Virus record (IMG/VR): IMGVR_UViG_3300021426_000008
From: a virus
Taxonomy: Duplodnaviria > Heunggongvirae > Uroviricota > Caudoviricetes
Strand: one strand, 5' to 3'
Length of the DNA stretch: 64,000 nt
A model generated the notes under the pieces. That model saw only the letters and a list, made by a program, of their open reading frames with translations, was not told where the DNA came from and made no database searches. The translations under genes and the position numbers were made by a program. Positions 1-10,098 of the stretch are shown piece after piece; within the stretch, counting starts at the first letter, position 1; the number at the start of each line of letters is the position of its first letter.

Positions 1-240
1 ATACTGTGATGTTGCTCTGCTGTTGATAAATCTATTATTAGTATATATTTTTTAGTAGATAGATAAAGTCAGTAATGTGTAAAAATATATATAAAACAGA
101 GAAAACGGAAAGCAAATCAACGCAATCGCTCAAACCCTTATAATCACTGCATTTTTTAACGTTGCTTTGCTCAGAGCAACACACGTTCGTTCGTAGAAAA
201 AAATCGACCAAACCATTATTTTTGATTAACGCATTTCCTC

Positions 241-269
241 TTGACAAATTTTATTTCACCATATATAAT
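241..269 (+). promoter_or_regulatory. Sigma-A-like promoter: TTGACA (241-246), 17-bp spacer, TATAAT (264-269). It sits upstream of the RHH gene.
   Basis: Consensus -35 and -10 hexamers with a 17-bp spacer, read directly. Two direct repeats of TTTATAAACAAT lie downstream at about 305-338. Confidence 0.6.
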
Positions 270-354
270 GGTATGGTGTAAAACGCACCAGAAAAATCGT
301 GTGTTTTATAAACAATATCAATTATTTATAAACAATCGAAAGGAGGAATAAAAA

Positions 355-615
355 ATGGCATTAAAAAGATTTACTATCGGGCTACCAGAGGACACCTATC
401 AAATTTTAAAAGAACAAGCAGAGCGAGACCACCGTACACTCGGTCAACAAATCGCATACCTATTAGAAGTATACGTACCAGCATACCAAAAAACAATGGA
501 AGTCACATTCCCGGGTACGTTCATAAAGCCGACCTTAGCCGAAAACCCAACAAACGCACCCATATTAACTAACGACACAAACACATACTATAAAAAAAGA
601 AAGGAGCTAATATAA
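355..615 (+). CDS. Ribbon-helix-helix (CopG/Arc-like) transcriptional regulator
   Basis: The N-terminus RFTIGLPEDTYQILKEQAERDHRTLGQQIAYLLE fits the RHH beta-strand plus two-helix pattern. AAAGGAGG RBS 8 nt upstream. Confidence 0.5.
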   Translation: MALKRFTIGLPEDTYQILKEQAERDHRTLGQQIAYLLEVYVPAYQKTMEVTFPGTFIKPTLAENPTNAPILTNDTNTYYKKRKELI

Positions 616-619
616 CAAA

Positions 620-1099
620 ATGGTACTTTTACCGAATTTCACAATACCAAAAAATTTATACCGAGACCTTGTCTCACAAGCTACATACCGCCACCAGACA
701 CTCGCAGAAGCTACAAGAGAACGACTAACTACCACATTAAATTCAAACTATTCATTCAATAATAAATGGTCAGAAACATATCGTATTATATGGCAAGGAA
801 CTCAACTACAATACTTAAATTATCCTGAAAAAATGAAATTTGATTATGTAGTGGCGCGAAAAACTAATGATGTATTCGCACAAATACAGCAACAGACCGG
901 GTATGAAAACGACGCCTTGGTAAAAGAAATAGTCGCTCGAATAGCGTACACTATGAATGACCCATTTTATTATGAATTTATAGACCGGGAGGACAATTTA
1001 GTCCTCTCTCTTTTTTTAATTTCTCCCCGAACTCACGTCCACCGGGAGTGTTGTGTATCCTCTCGTGTTCACTTACAGTTACACAGACTAGATTGCTAA
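620..1099 (+). CDS. Hypothetical protein. The last ~35 codons are probably read-through into non-coding sequence.
   Basis: ORF with an RBS. The C-terminal tail (SLFLISPRTHVHRECC...) is low-complexity and overlaps a C/T-skewed segment. Confidence 0.35.
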   Translation: MVLLPNFTIPKNLYRDLVSQATYRHQTLAEATRERLTTTLNSNYSFNNKWSETYRIIWQGTQLQYLNYPEKMKFDYVVARKTNDVFAQIQQQTGYENDALVKEIVARIAYTMNDPFYYEFIDREDNLVLSLFLISPRTHVHRECCVSSRVHLQLHRLDC

Positions 1100-1187
1100 T
1101 TATATTATTAGTCTTAACCCAGTCTACGTGGTGTATTACACACCCAACCGGGACACTCATACCCGCTTCCGCTTCCCACATAGCCAC
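978..1187 (-). pseudogene. Truncated HNH endonuclease fragment
   Basis: HHVDWVKTNNIISNLVCVTVSEHERIH matches the HNH pattern (HH...N...NL...H..H). It is only 69 codons, with no full-length frame. Confidence 0.3.
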
Positions 1188-1502
1188 GTGAAGTCTTTTT
1201 CTATCTCCAGAGGTACAAACGTAGTAGCCGGGTCTTCTTGTCTTGCCTATATTTTTTACCCAAATACATTTGCTGGTCTAAGCGGGTACACACTTCACGC
1301 CTCTTATTATTGTTCAGCATATCACCAATCATAGTTATTCTACTCCTTATCTCTTAATAATTGATTAAGTCTTACGTTTTCAGCGTGTAAATCGTCTATC
1401 ATATGGTTCATTTCGTCTTCGTGAGCCTTCATATTTTCTATTCTATCTAATAACATCATTACTATCTGCTCCCAATGATAACCGCCCATAAAATCACCTC
1501 CA

Positions 1503-2933
1503 TTATAATAAAGTTCTCTTACTTCCAGTAACAGCTCTGCCAGACCATAAATCTACTGTCGCATAACGTGTTGCGTCAATTCCGTGGTCATTAACACTAG
1601 GCCATTCTTGAATAATTATTTCTTTTCCGCCTATATCACGTCTCAAAAATTCAGCACCAACGAACTCAGCCCAACAGCCAGGACACCTTTCTGAGTCAAT
1701 CCAGATTTCTTTAACGTCACCAAATCCACCAGTTAAGAACTGATATGATACGTCTCTCGAACCCGATACTTTCTTAACCGGGTATATGTTCAACCCCTTG
1801 CTTCTCAAGCCGTCGATAATTCTATTATCTATTTCAGAGTTTATTAGCGACGATATATTAACCGACCTATCAAATAAGCCACCGCCACGCTTCAACATCT
1901 CAGCGACGTTCATATAAATACCGTCTTCTGACCAACCGATACCTCTTACTTCGTCAGTTATAAATAATATCTTTTTAACTTTATTATAACCTACAACTAC
2001 ACATACAGTAGGGTCAGGTCTATAACCATAGTCCATACCAACAAGCCAACGCCAACACTCAGGACCATTACCAAATTCCGAGGTATCAATATCTCCAACT
2101 CTAACGGGTCTAAGTAGTGGGAATACCATAGTAGCCGGGTCTCCAACCTCTCCCATTATGACGTGCTTCCACTCCTGTTCATTTTCTTCCTTCATTGCTT
2201 CAGCCATATCATAAACTTGTTGTGGTACGATACCTCTTGGAATATCATATAAATTAACGTGTTTGAAGTAAACCTTTTCGCTTAATTTTTTCCTGTCCTC
2301 ATCTCTATCTACTTCTTCGATTGCCATTTCTTTTGCGTTGTTCCAACCGATATTAAGCCAGTGTGAAGGTGAGAATGGTGTATTATAAGTAAATATAGTT
2401 TCAAATATGTCACCACCACGATATAAAGATAATAACACTTGGTCTACGTCGTGCTTAGATTGAAATTGGTCAGCTTCTTCAAACCATATTAACCTACAGT
2501 AACCTCCGGGCCATTTGATAGATTTAACTTTTCCATAGTCCTCAGCAGTATTTAAGTTAGCGAATTTAATTACAGATTTTGTCCCTTTTAATCTAATCTC
2601 CATAGGGTTAGTAAGCATTTGCCATTTATCTTCAACTCCTAAATTGATTATAGCATTAGCAATTTCAGCATATACAGAGGTTCTTAATGTATTATTATAT
2701 TTTCTTAGTGCCAAGCAACACGCCCAGGGTTCGCCCTCTTTGTGAACACTAGCCAGAGCCAGAAGTGTTAAAATTATATGATGAGCCGCCCAGTAAGATT
2801 TACCAGAAAAACGTCCACCACGTAAAAACATTTTACGACTTCTCTCCAGCTGTTCACCTATTCCGTCTTCGAGTAAGTCCCAGTAATTCGGCAAAATAAT
2901 ATCACTCATTTTTCGTCTACTAATACTAATCAC
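1503..2933 (-). CDS. terL: Terminase large subunit (PBSX/XtmB-like)
   Basis: Walker A RGGRFSGKS, Walker B-like IWFEEAD, a C-terminal nuclease region with DHGIDATRYA, and typical length (476 aa). Confidence 0.85.
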   Translation of the reverse strand: MISISRRKMSDIILPNYWDLLEDGIGEQLERSRKMFLRGGRFSGKSYWAAHHIILTLLALASVHKEGEPWACCLALRKYNNTLRTSVYAEIANAIINLGVEDKWQMLTNPMEIRLKGTKSVIKFANLNTAEDYGKVKSIKWPGGYCRLIWFEEADQFQSKHDVDQVLLSLYRGGDIFETIFTYNTPFSPSHWLNIGWNNAKEMAIEEVDRDEDRKKLSEKVYFKHVNLYDIPRGIVPQQVYDMAEAMKEENEQEWKHVIMGEVGDPATMVFPLLRPVRVGDIDTSEFGNGPECWRWLVGMDYGYRPDPTVCVVVGYNKVKKILFITDEVRGIGWSEDGIYMNVAEMLKRGGGLFDRSVNISSLINSEIDNRIIDGLRSKGLNIYPVKKVSGSRDVSYQFLTGGFGDVKEIWIDSERCPGCWAEFVGAEFLRRDIGGKEIIIQEWPSVNDHGIDATRYATVDLWSGRAVTGSKRTLL

Positions 2934-2945
2934 CCCATTTCTTCA

Positions 2946-4364
2946 CTATTTATACCACGATTTCTTTTCTTTTTCCACTCCAAATAAATTCTTGAACACC
3001 GCTTCTAGTACGTTTACTACAATCGAGTTACCTGCTTGTTTATATAATTGCGTGTCTGAAGTAGGCACAGCCTGTGCTTTATCAAAATCTTCGTCACCAA
3101 ATCCCATTAGACGCCAACATTCTCTTGGAGTTAGTTTTCTAATACGCATATCCGGGGTAACAACACCCCTCTCACTTCCATTTGCCATTAAAGTCTGTGT
3201 CATTTCTTTTTGAACATTACCTCTTTGATACTTCATTCTTCCAGAAATATTAACACCGTCTCCTGCGTAAGCCTCTTTATATCCAGCTTTCGTGGCTTCT
3301 TTTATTTTCAAACAAGGCTCTATAACATAATTATCTTTTTGTACTGTTGTTATTGTATTACTAATTCCCTGTCTATTTATTTCCAATCTCTGTTCAGTAG
3401 GGATACCAGGAGTTCTATCACCTGGATTATCAGGATTTCTCCCCCTGCTCGCAGCAATAACTGGTTCATTAACAACAATCTTTGGTTGACGATTGCCACC
3501 TTGCATATCAGTAAGGGTGGGAGCAATACCCTCCCCAGAATACACGCGCTTAACGCAGTCGTGTCCTTTTATGTCTAATTTTCCTACAACTTGAATATAA
3601 TTGTCTCCTGACCTACACGCTCCAACTCTAGTAGTTACAGTCTTTGCCACACAGTCTCCGTCAGTAGTTTCAAATGCAAATCCATTTCCCTTCGCTCTCT
3701 GTCGTTCAGTGTTTGCTATTAGCCCAGCGATTAGCTTGTCACTTAAATAATATTTCTCGTCAACACTTTCTTCTAATACGTCTTTAAGTTTTTTAGTTAA
3801 TTTGATTTCTGGTGGGAATTCATAATTCAACCCCAAATCTTTCCTGATTGATACAGTGAACACACGCTCCCTGTTTTGAGGAATGCCATAATGTTTTGAA
3901 TTTAACACTTTATAATAACTATTATAACCGAGCTTATCCATAATTTCCAAATAACCGTCGAAATTATGTCGATTTTTACTACTCAATAAATTCTTTACGT
4001 TTTCCCAAACCACATATTTAGGTTTTACTACTTCAACTATATCAACAGTACACCACATTAAACTGCTCCTAGTACCAGAGCCTTTATCTCCTCCAGCAAG
4101 TCTACCGGCAATACTAAAATCCTGACAAGGTGAACCGTGGGTAATTAAATCTATTTCTAAATCTTTTAATTTATCTAAATCTATTTTACTAACGTCACCT
4201 AAATTCAAATCTTCTGAAACACCGTGTACTGCACAATAAGATTTTGTAGCATACTTATCAATTTCTGAAAACCCTACAAGCTCTACGTCTATACCTATTC
4301 GTTTAAGTGCTAATTCAAATGCACCAATTCCTGAAAACAAACTTAATACTTTCAAGCTAAACAC
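2946..4364 (-). CDS. DNA (cytosine-5)-methyltransferase
   Basis: Motifs I (FSGIGAFE), IV (GSPCQDFS), VI (ENVKNL), VIII (QNRERVF) and X (GNSIVV) appear in canonical order. Confidence 0.85.
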   Translation of the reverse strand: MFSLKVLSLFSGIGAFELALKRIGIDVELVGFSEIDKYATKSYCAVHGVSEDLNLGDVSKIDLDKLKDLEIDLITHGSPCQDFSIAGRLAGGDKGSGTRSSLMWCTVDIVEVVKPKYVVWENVKNLLSSKNRHNFDGYLEIMDKLGYNSYYKVLNSKHYGIPQNRERVFTVSIRKDLGLNYEFPPEIKLTKKLKDVLEESVDEKYYLSDKLIAGLIANTERQRAKGNGFAFETTDGDCVAKTVTTRVGACRSGDNYIQVVGKLDIKGHDCVKRVYSGEGIAPTLTDMQGGNRQPKIVVNEPVIAASRGRNPDNPGDRTPGIPTEQRLEINRQGISNTITTVQKDNYVIEPCLKIKEATKAGYKEAYAGDGVNISGRMKYQRGNVQKEMTQTLMANGSERGVVTPDMRIRKLTPRECWRLMGFGDEDFDKAQAVPTSDTQLYKQAGNSIVVNVLEAVFKNLFGVEKEKKSWYK

Positions 4365-4381
4365 CTCTTTCTGTTCACTTT

Positions 4382-4963
4382 TTATTCATCTGATTCTTCA
4401 TCTTCATCACTACTGTCTGGCTCAAACTTTCCTTTGTATAAATCGTTAATAAATGTAACACCTTCAATACCTTCTCCTGAGTACATTCCAGTATACATTT
4501 CGATTGCTTTTAATCTATCTGCGTCACGAGCGTTTTTGTTTTTTATAATACTACTTAATATCGCTTTAATTCCGTCTTGGTCAACTAAACTATAATCCTG
4601 CGCTCTATATTTTTCTATTACAGATTGAACTTGCTTCCAGCCCAATAAATTTTGTTTATCAGCAGAAAGTGAAGTCGGGTCTAAATTACCCCCCATCTGG
4701 TCGTCTAAATAAATTATATCTGCAACTGTTTTAACATAATCGTCTTGTAATAACCACATTGCGTCTTTGCATTCTTGTAGCCAAATAGGTTTTAATTTTC
4801 TGTATATATTATCAACTGTCTTTTTGTATCTCTCGTCGTCTGTAAGTCTATCGCCTTTCATAAAACTACCAATTAGTTCTTCTGCGTCAAAGACTTCTTC
4901 TTTTCCTCGTTTACTTTTACCTCTAGGCATATATTCACTCCCCTCCAATACATTATTAAACAA
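4382..4963 (-). CDS. Putative terminase small subunit
   Basis: Positioned upstream of terL in the same orientation, 193 aa, acidic C-terminus. The call rests on position only. Confidence 0.3.
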   Translation of the reverse strand: MFNNVLEGSEYMPRGKSKRGKEEVFDAEELIGSFMKGDRLTDDERYKKTVDNIYRKLKPIWLQECKDAMWLLQDDYVKTVADIIYLDDQMGGNLDPTSLSADKQNLLGWKQVQSVIEKYRAQDYSLVDQDGIKAILSSIIKNKNARDADRLKAIEMYTGMYSGEGIEGVTFINDLYKGKFEPDSSDEDEESDE

Positions 4964-5085
4964 CTAAAATAGCCGATTGCAAAATGTAAGCCGTAAATAA
5001 ATCCGGTCGTTCACTTTTAGATTTTTTAGAAGTGCGGATAGAAACCCTCCGCACAACCAAATTACGCACAATAAAATTACTTTTT

Positions 5086-7494
5086 TCATTCTTCTTCGTC
5101 CTTCTTTCCTATAAATAATCTATTTAAGCTCATACCTTTATCATTTCTAGTTTTTTTCATTTCAAGCTCATAGCCTTTTTCTGTTAGTTTACTTATAGTT
5201 TTACCAAGTTTCATTGAAAATGCTTTTTCTTTCATAGCTTGGTCTCCTGTTGCCATTTCACTGTGCCAATCTTGATATTCTAAATATAATTCTTTTGTCC
5301 AAATATCCTCTTTACGTTCAACCACATACCATTCTAGGAATTCTTCTAGCTCGGCGTCAAATCCACCAGAGAAAGTACCTTCTAGTTTTTCTCTCATATC
5401 GTCAGTATCTTCTAGTTTTAATTTTCCTAACATCCAATCTATATACATATATCTAGCTTTATTCGCAAACCAAGCCAAACTTCCGTGGTCTAAACTATCT
5501 AATACACCAGTCTCTCTTGTGTGCATTTTCATAACTTTAGTACCTCTGTCTCCATAAGCACTCTCTTTCATTCTGTATTCAGCAACTGCTGCATTATCCA
5601 TTGTGTTCAGTACCAGCTTCCACTGCAATAGCTCATCTTTAACACTATCATCAACGTGGAATTCAGTAGGTAGTATTTTTACCCTACGTCTCATACCTTC
5701 TGATTTATCATATAGTTCAAATTCAAAATTAGTACAAGCAATAATCTGAGGTAGTACGTCTAGTTTCTTTTTAGGTTTGAATTTTTCATTTATATAAACA
5801 GTATCTGTACCAGTTACACCACCTTTAATATATGAAAATGCGTCTCTATTATATACTCTATTTAAGTCGTCTATTACGCATAAAATACCGTGGTCTAGGT
5901 CTTCACCCCAAAACTTATTATCGTGAGGATTGCTGTCAAATATCTTACTTTCGTTAAACATATCTTCACCCAAACATAGTCTGATTAGAGAGGTATAAAG
6001 AGATTTTCCGTTTTGTCCTCCACCTGCAAGTATTACTATCTTTTGAAGTTGATTAGCGGGTATCATACTAGCCCCAGCTATTACCCAAAGCCAATCTTGA
6101 ACCATAGGTTGAGGAATACCTTTTGCGTTTCTTGATAATTGAGATATAAACCAATTTATATTTTTACCCAAATCTTCTTCGTGTTCTTCAACCCATTCTT
6201 TCGGATACCAATTCCACTTAAATATTACGTCTGTTGGAGGTCTAGTGCCAAGCCAAGAAAAGTCGTATGCGTCTGGCGCTATACAAGATAATATTTTATT
6301 TTTACAAATTACATAAGTGTCATTACGTCTTATTATTTTGCTATTAGCTGCACACATTTGCATTAACTGCACCTCCACTTCTTTGAAATACGTTTCTTTG
6401 AAATTCTGTTCACTGTGGTCTTTCAACGCTTGTCTTGGTACGGTCAAATCGGTCTTATAATCATAAGGACCTTCCAACTCTTTATAGAATAACTTTTTGA
6501 AAAGTCCGTCATCTCCTGCTCCTGTGCCATAGAAGTCGAATTGCTTAAATAAATACTCCGCTGCTCTACGTTCGTCTATCTTTTTATCGTCTTTTGATTT
6601 TACTTTCTTCCAATGTCTTTCCTTTTCATCATAATCCCAACCCTCGGAAGATAACATTGCTCCATATTCTTCCCAACGTTTAGGTAGGTCTCCAAATAAA
6701 TCACTATCACTCATAGCTGTACCAATTTTAACTAAATATTGGTCGTGTATAGCTTGAATTAAATCCTTAAACTCACTCATTTCAAAACCATTACTTAAAC
6801 CAAAATAACTACAACGCTCAACTATGAAGTTATGTCTTGAGCCTTCGGTCATTTTCATCAAAGTTGTGAACGGATTATCTTTCAGCGTATATGTTACCGC
6901 GTCTTCTTTTGTCCTGTCACCAGTTTTTCCGCCTTTATGTAATTCAGTATCTTTTAACTTTCCCCATAACCAGTATGGAAGTATGTCCAAATCTTCAATG
7001 TTTATAGCTTTAGGTGCGATTAACTCACTAGGTCTCCAACTAGCTCTTTCGTCACGCTCCATACCACATACTTTTATAATTTGAACACTACCTGGACCTT
7101 TAGTATCAAACGTATAACCAAACCAGTTAGTAGCTCTAGTCATTTCTTTTTTATAAAAATCAGGTTTACGGAATAAAAAATGATAACCCTTTACTGTCTC
7201 TAATATTAAACATTTTAGTTTAGAACGTATGATGATTTCATACATTTCAGCTGCTTCAGTAGCGTTATCATAATCTATGAACACGCAATCATCAGGTACA
7301 ACTCTGGCGTAGTTAGGACCGTCACCACTATCTATTTTCAAATCGTCATAACTTAATAATTTTTTACGTCTTGGTGCTTTACTATCGTTGTATAATTTTA
7401 TTTGCTCTGGGTCGTGTTCTTTAAATTTTTCAATATTAAATTCACGAGGTGTTTCTGGCAACTCGCAGAAAGTAAACTCTATTGTTTTGCTCAT
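5086..7494 (-). CDS. DNA primase-polymerase (AEP prim-pol) fused to an SF3/P4-type helicase
   Basis: N-terminal prim-pol motifs (FIDYDN ... KGYHFLF) and a C-terminal Walker A (ILAGGGQNGKSL) in D5/P4-like helicase context. Confidence 0.75.
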   Translation of the reverse strand: MSKTIEFTFCELPETPREFNIEKFKEHDPEQIKLYNDSKAPRRKKLLSYDDLKIDSGDGPNYARVVPDDCVFIDYDNATEAAEMYEIIIRSKLKCLILETVKGYHFLFRKPDFYKKEMTRATNWFGYTFDTKGPGSVQIIKVCGMERDERASWRPSELIAPKAINIEDLDILPYWLWGKLKDTELHKGGKTGDRTKEDAVTYTLKDNPFTTLMKMTEGSRHNFIVERCSYFGLSNGFEMSEFKDLIQAIHDQYLVKIGTAMSDSDLFGDLPKRWEEYGAMLSSEGWDYDEKERHWKKVKSKDDKKIDERRAAEYLFKQFDFYGTGAGDDGLFKKLFYKELEGPYDYKTDLTVPRQALKDHSEQNFKETYFKEVEVQLMQMCAANSKIIRRNDTYVICKNKILSCIAPDAYDFSWLGTRPPTDVIFKWNWYPKEWVEEHEEDLGKNINWFISQLSRNAKGIPQPMVQDWLWVIAGASMIPANQLQKIVILAGGGQNGKSLYTSLIRLCLGEDMFNESKIFDSNPHDNKFWGEDLDHGILCVIDDLNRVYNRDAFSYIKGGVTGTDTVYINEKFKPKKKLDVLPQIIACTNFEFELYDKSEGMRRRVKILPTEFHVDDSVKDELLQWKLVLNTMDNAAVAEYRMKESAYGDRGTKVMKMHTRETGVLDSLDHGSLAWFANKARYMYIDWMLGKLKLEDTDDMREKLEGTFSGGFDAELEEFLEWYVVERKEDIWTKELYLEYQDWHSEMATGDQAMKEKAFSMKLGKTISKLTEKGYELEMKKTRNDKGMSLNRLFIGKKDEEE

Positions 7495-7823
7495 TATAAA
7501 ACACCTCCATCTGTTAGAACTTTAAATATTTCAGCGATATATTTTATTATATCCTGTTCAAAGATGGTCAGGTTCTTGTAGTTAGCATATATTTGATTTA
7601 TTTCAGCCATTAAAATAAGGCGGAAGTCAGTTTCTTCAACGTCATCACGCTCACGTATCTCATTTAATTCAGATACAATAGTGGTGACAGCAAATCTTCT
7701 TTTCGCCCTATCATAAGAATCCTCCCCTCTTTTCACATAATCTGCGACTACATACCATAGACCATTGGGGATTTTCTCTGTATTTTTTCCTAATTCAAAA
7801 TCAAGTTTAGTTATTTTTAACAT
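7494..7823 (-). CDS. Hypothetical protein
   Basis: ORF in an operon, with start/stop coupled to its neighbours. Confidence 0.4.
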   Translation of the reverse strand: MLKITKLDFELGKNTEKIPNGLWYVVADYVKRGEDSYDRAKRRFAVTTIVSELNEIRERDDVEETDFRLILMAEINQIYANYKNLTIFEQDIIKYIAEIFKVLTDGGVL

Positions 7824-7851
7824 TCTATCGTCCTACCTTTCTACTACTTAC

Positions 7852-8709
7852 TTATTTTATCCATTTTTCTTTTTCACATTTATAAACTCTCATATCAGTT
7901 ACATAGGTGTCAAAGAATTTATCGTAATATTCGTCATTCATATCGCAAAGAATAACATCCGCTTGGTTCACTGCTCGTAAGAGACTTCCCGAACCTGCGA
8001 AGAAGTCCCCAATGACACAACCCTCTTGGTCTGCGTCTGATAGCCATACCAAATGCTCTAATAATTTTCTAGGTTTTTGACAAGGGTGAGCTAGTTTATC
8101 ATCCCTATAATTTCCTTGAGGTTTAGCGAATTTTAGTACACTTGTCTTATCCCATAGTTTTGCTTTTTTATTTAATCTTGCGTTACCTTTTCTTACTACT
8201 ATAATTGGTGTTATGTCATAACTAAAATCACCTGTTATACTACTTATCATATTCGGTTGTTGCCAAAATATTACACGGTTGACGTCGAATAATTGATACG
8301 CCAAATATAAATATTTCATACTCCAAAATATGAACATAAAACTATCGTCTGCTAATTTCTGATGAGCTTTACAATACCAAGTATAACAATAATTCTTGTA
8401 GTCTTCTAATTTAGATTTTTCTTCCCACGGAATAGCAACTTCAAATCTAGGAGTTACCATACCTTTTTCTAAGTCACTCTCGCTAGGAGAGACCTGTGCT
8501 GTGTATCGTGAATGGAATATTGCTGCTCCATTTTTGTTTTTCATATTACCTGTTAATACGTTGTAGGGCGGGTCTATTATCCAGCAGTTAACACTTTCGT
8601 CCTCCAACTTATCTAACCATTCCATACAATCGGCTTTTGTGAATTTTCTATGACTGTAAGGATTTATGGTATTATCTCGTTTCATACTACTGTAAACGAC
8701 ATCTGCCAT
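7852..8709 (-). CDS. DNA methyltransferase (N6-adenine or N4-cytosine, beta class)
   Basis: IIDPPYNV (motif IV) lies N-terminal and DFFAGSGS (motif I) C-terminal. The IV-before-I order is typical of beta-class amino methyltransferases. Confidence 0.65.
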   Translation of the reverse strand: MADVVYSSMKRDNTINPYSHRKFTKADCMEWLDKLEDESVNCWIIDPPYNVLTGNMKNKNGAAIFHSRYTAQVSPSESDLEKGMVTPRFEVAIPWEEKSKLEDYKNYCYTWYCKAHQKLADDSFMFIFWSMKYLYLAYQLFDVNRVIFWQQPNMISSITGDFSYDITPIIVVRKGNARLNKKAKLWDKTSVLKFAKPQGNYRDDKLAHPCQKPRKLLEHLVWLSDADQEGCVIGDFFAGSGSLLRAVNQADVILCDMNDEYYDKFFDTYVTDMRVYKCEKEKWIK

Positions 8710-8720
8710 ACGTGTACCTC

Positions 8721-9050
8721 CTACTCTAGTCCTAGTTCCATCTTTGAATTTACATACTCAACTATATGGTTTAAATTCGGTTCAATTTGTCTCCATATAT
8801 CAATCTTTTCATAATCGTCTCCGTGCAAATCAGAAACATAAAATTCACATTCTGTTTTGCTCCAGTAATCATACATAAATACAGTTTTTAGATATTCGCG
8901 TAATATACTTTTATTATGAATGCTCTTTCTTCTTACTTCGTTTGCTATATCTTCTTTTCTCCATTGTAATATATTGTAGTTTATTACTTTTTTAGTATTA
9001 AAATCCCAACGAAGTACATACCATTCTAAGTTAACATTTTTTACTTTCAT
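8721..9050 (-). CDS. Hypothetical protein
   Basis: ORF in an operon. Confidence 0.4.
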   Translation of the reverse strand: MKVKNVNLEWYVLRWDFNTKKVINYNILQWRKEDIANEVRRKSIHNKSILREYLKTVFMYDYWSKTECEFYVSDLHGDDYEKIDIWRQIEPNLNHIVEYVNSKMELGLE

Positions 9051-9727
9051 AATATCACTGGCTCCCTTACTATACCTTTTCTTTCTTTTTCTTTCTCTGC
9101 CTCTGCTATTTCTCTAAAGTGTTTATTCCATAATTCTAATATAGCATTACCTAGTTTTTTATCTATTGGAAATTTAAACCAACGATAACCAGTTTTAGTA
9201 AGGCTCAAACATCTTAATTCGTCTATTTTTTTCGCTAAGTCTTTTTGCTCTTTATTACCTTTTAATAACATCATATAATATAATTGAAGTTGACATTCGG
9301 TCGACCACTCGTCTAAGTTACTACTTGTTTTCCAGTCTATCATACATATTTTATCATTTACGACAGCTATACAGTCTATTATTCCTTTTACACCTAACTT
9401 CTTATTTATAATACGTTGCTCTGTATATAGTGGGTGTATATCCCAGTCTATTCTTTCTTCTAACCACTCTTTAAAACGAGCTTCGTATTGTGTATATTCA
9501 AGACCTAAGTGAGGCTCAAACTCGTCTTCTGGCTTAAATCTACGGTCATACCAACCTAACCAATCTTCTATATATTTATGTACCGCAGTACCTCTTTCTC
9601 CTGCTGCTTTCAATATTCTCTCTGGAATATCCATTTTTTCAAATTTATTACCAAAAATTGCATTTAGAACGCTAGTGACACCCCTATAAGGAGCGTCAAA
9701 AAATTCGCTATCGCTATAATCTTTCAT
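9047..9727 (-). CDS. PD-(D/E)XK family nuclease (RecB/Cas4/YqaJ-like exonuclease)
   Basis: IIDCIAVVNDKICMIDWKTS matches the D...(D/E)xK core. Confidence 0.5.
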   Translation of the reverse strand: MKDYSDSEFFDAPYRGVTSVLNAIFGNKFEKMDIPERILKAAGERGTAVHKYIEDWLGWYDRRFKPEDEFEPHLGLEYTQYEARFKEWLEERIDWDIHPLYTEQRIINKKLGVKGIIDCIAVVNDKICMIDWKTSSNLDEWSTECQLQLYYMMLLKGNKEQKDLAKKIDELRCLSLTKTGYRWFKFPIDKKLGNAILELWNKHFREIAEAEKEKERKGIVREPVIL

Positions 9728-9947
9728 TTCAATCTCCTATTTCTCATTTTTCATACATAGCATATCATTTTTTATAAAAATTTTCAATAGATTTTATGAA
9801 ATTTAGACAAAAAATCTCTTGTCCTTAGAAAACCCGCTGTCGTAGTAGGCTCAAGGGTTGTAGCGTTATGTAAACTAACTAAAATAACGCTCGACTTTAC
9901 CCAAAACACGAGCGCAAAAATTTTTTAGAAAAAAGACAACAAACCTA

Positions 9948-9976
9948 TTGACTTGTTGATAATATTGTTGTATAAT
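9948..9976 (+). promoter_or_regulatory. Sigma-A-like promoter (TTGACT, 17-bp spacer, TATAAT) for the rightward early operon
   Basis: Read directly. An upstream motif AGACAACAAACCTATTGAC recurs at 19588. Confidence 0.6.
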
Positions 9977-10098
9977 ATAGATATAGGGACGCAGGAAATC
10001 CTTATGCAAAGGGTAGGAGCTAGAAGTGTGAGACCGCTTCTATAACTTATGAAACAATACCCTTTGCCCCCAATATTATATATAAGAAAGGAGAAGTT

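Noticed and set aside
38-247. Minus-strand 69-aa ORF at the window edge
   Set aside because: Low-complexity peptide, no RBS. It overlaps the promoter and hairpin region upstream of the RHH gene.
2992-3578. Plus-strand ORFs 2992..3213 and 3210..3578
   Set aside because: They lie entirely antisense inside the well-supported C5-methyltransferase gene, and their peptides are low-complexity.
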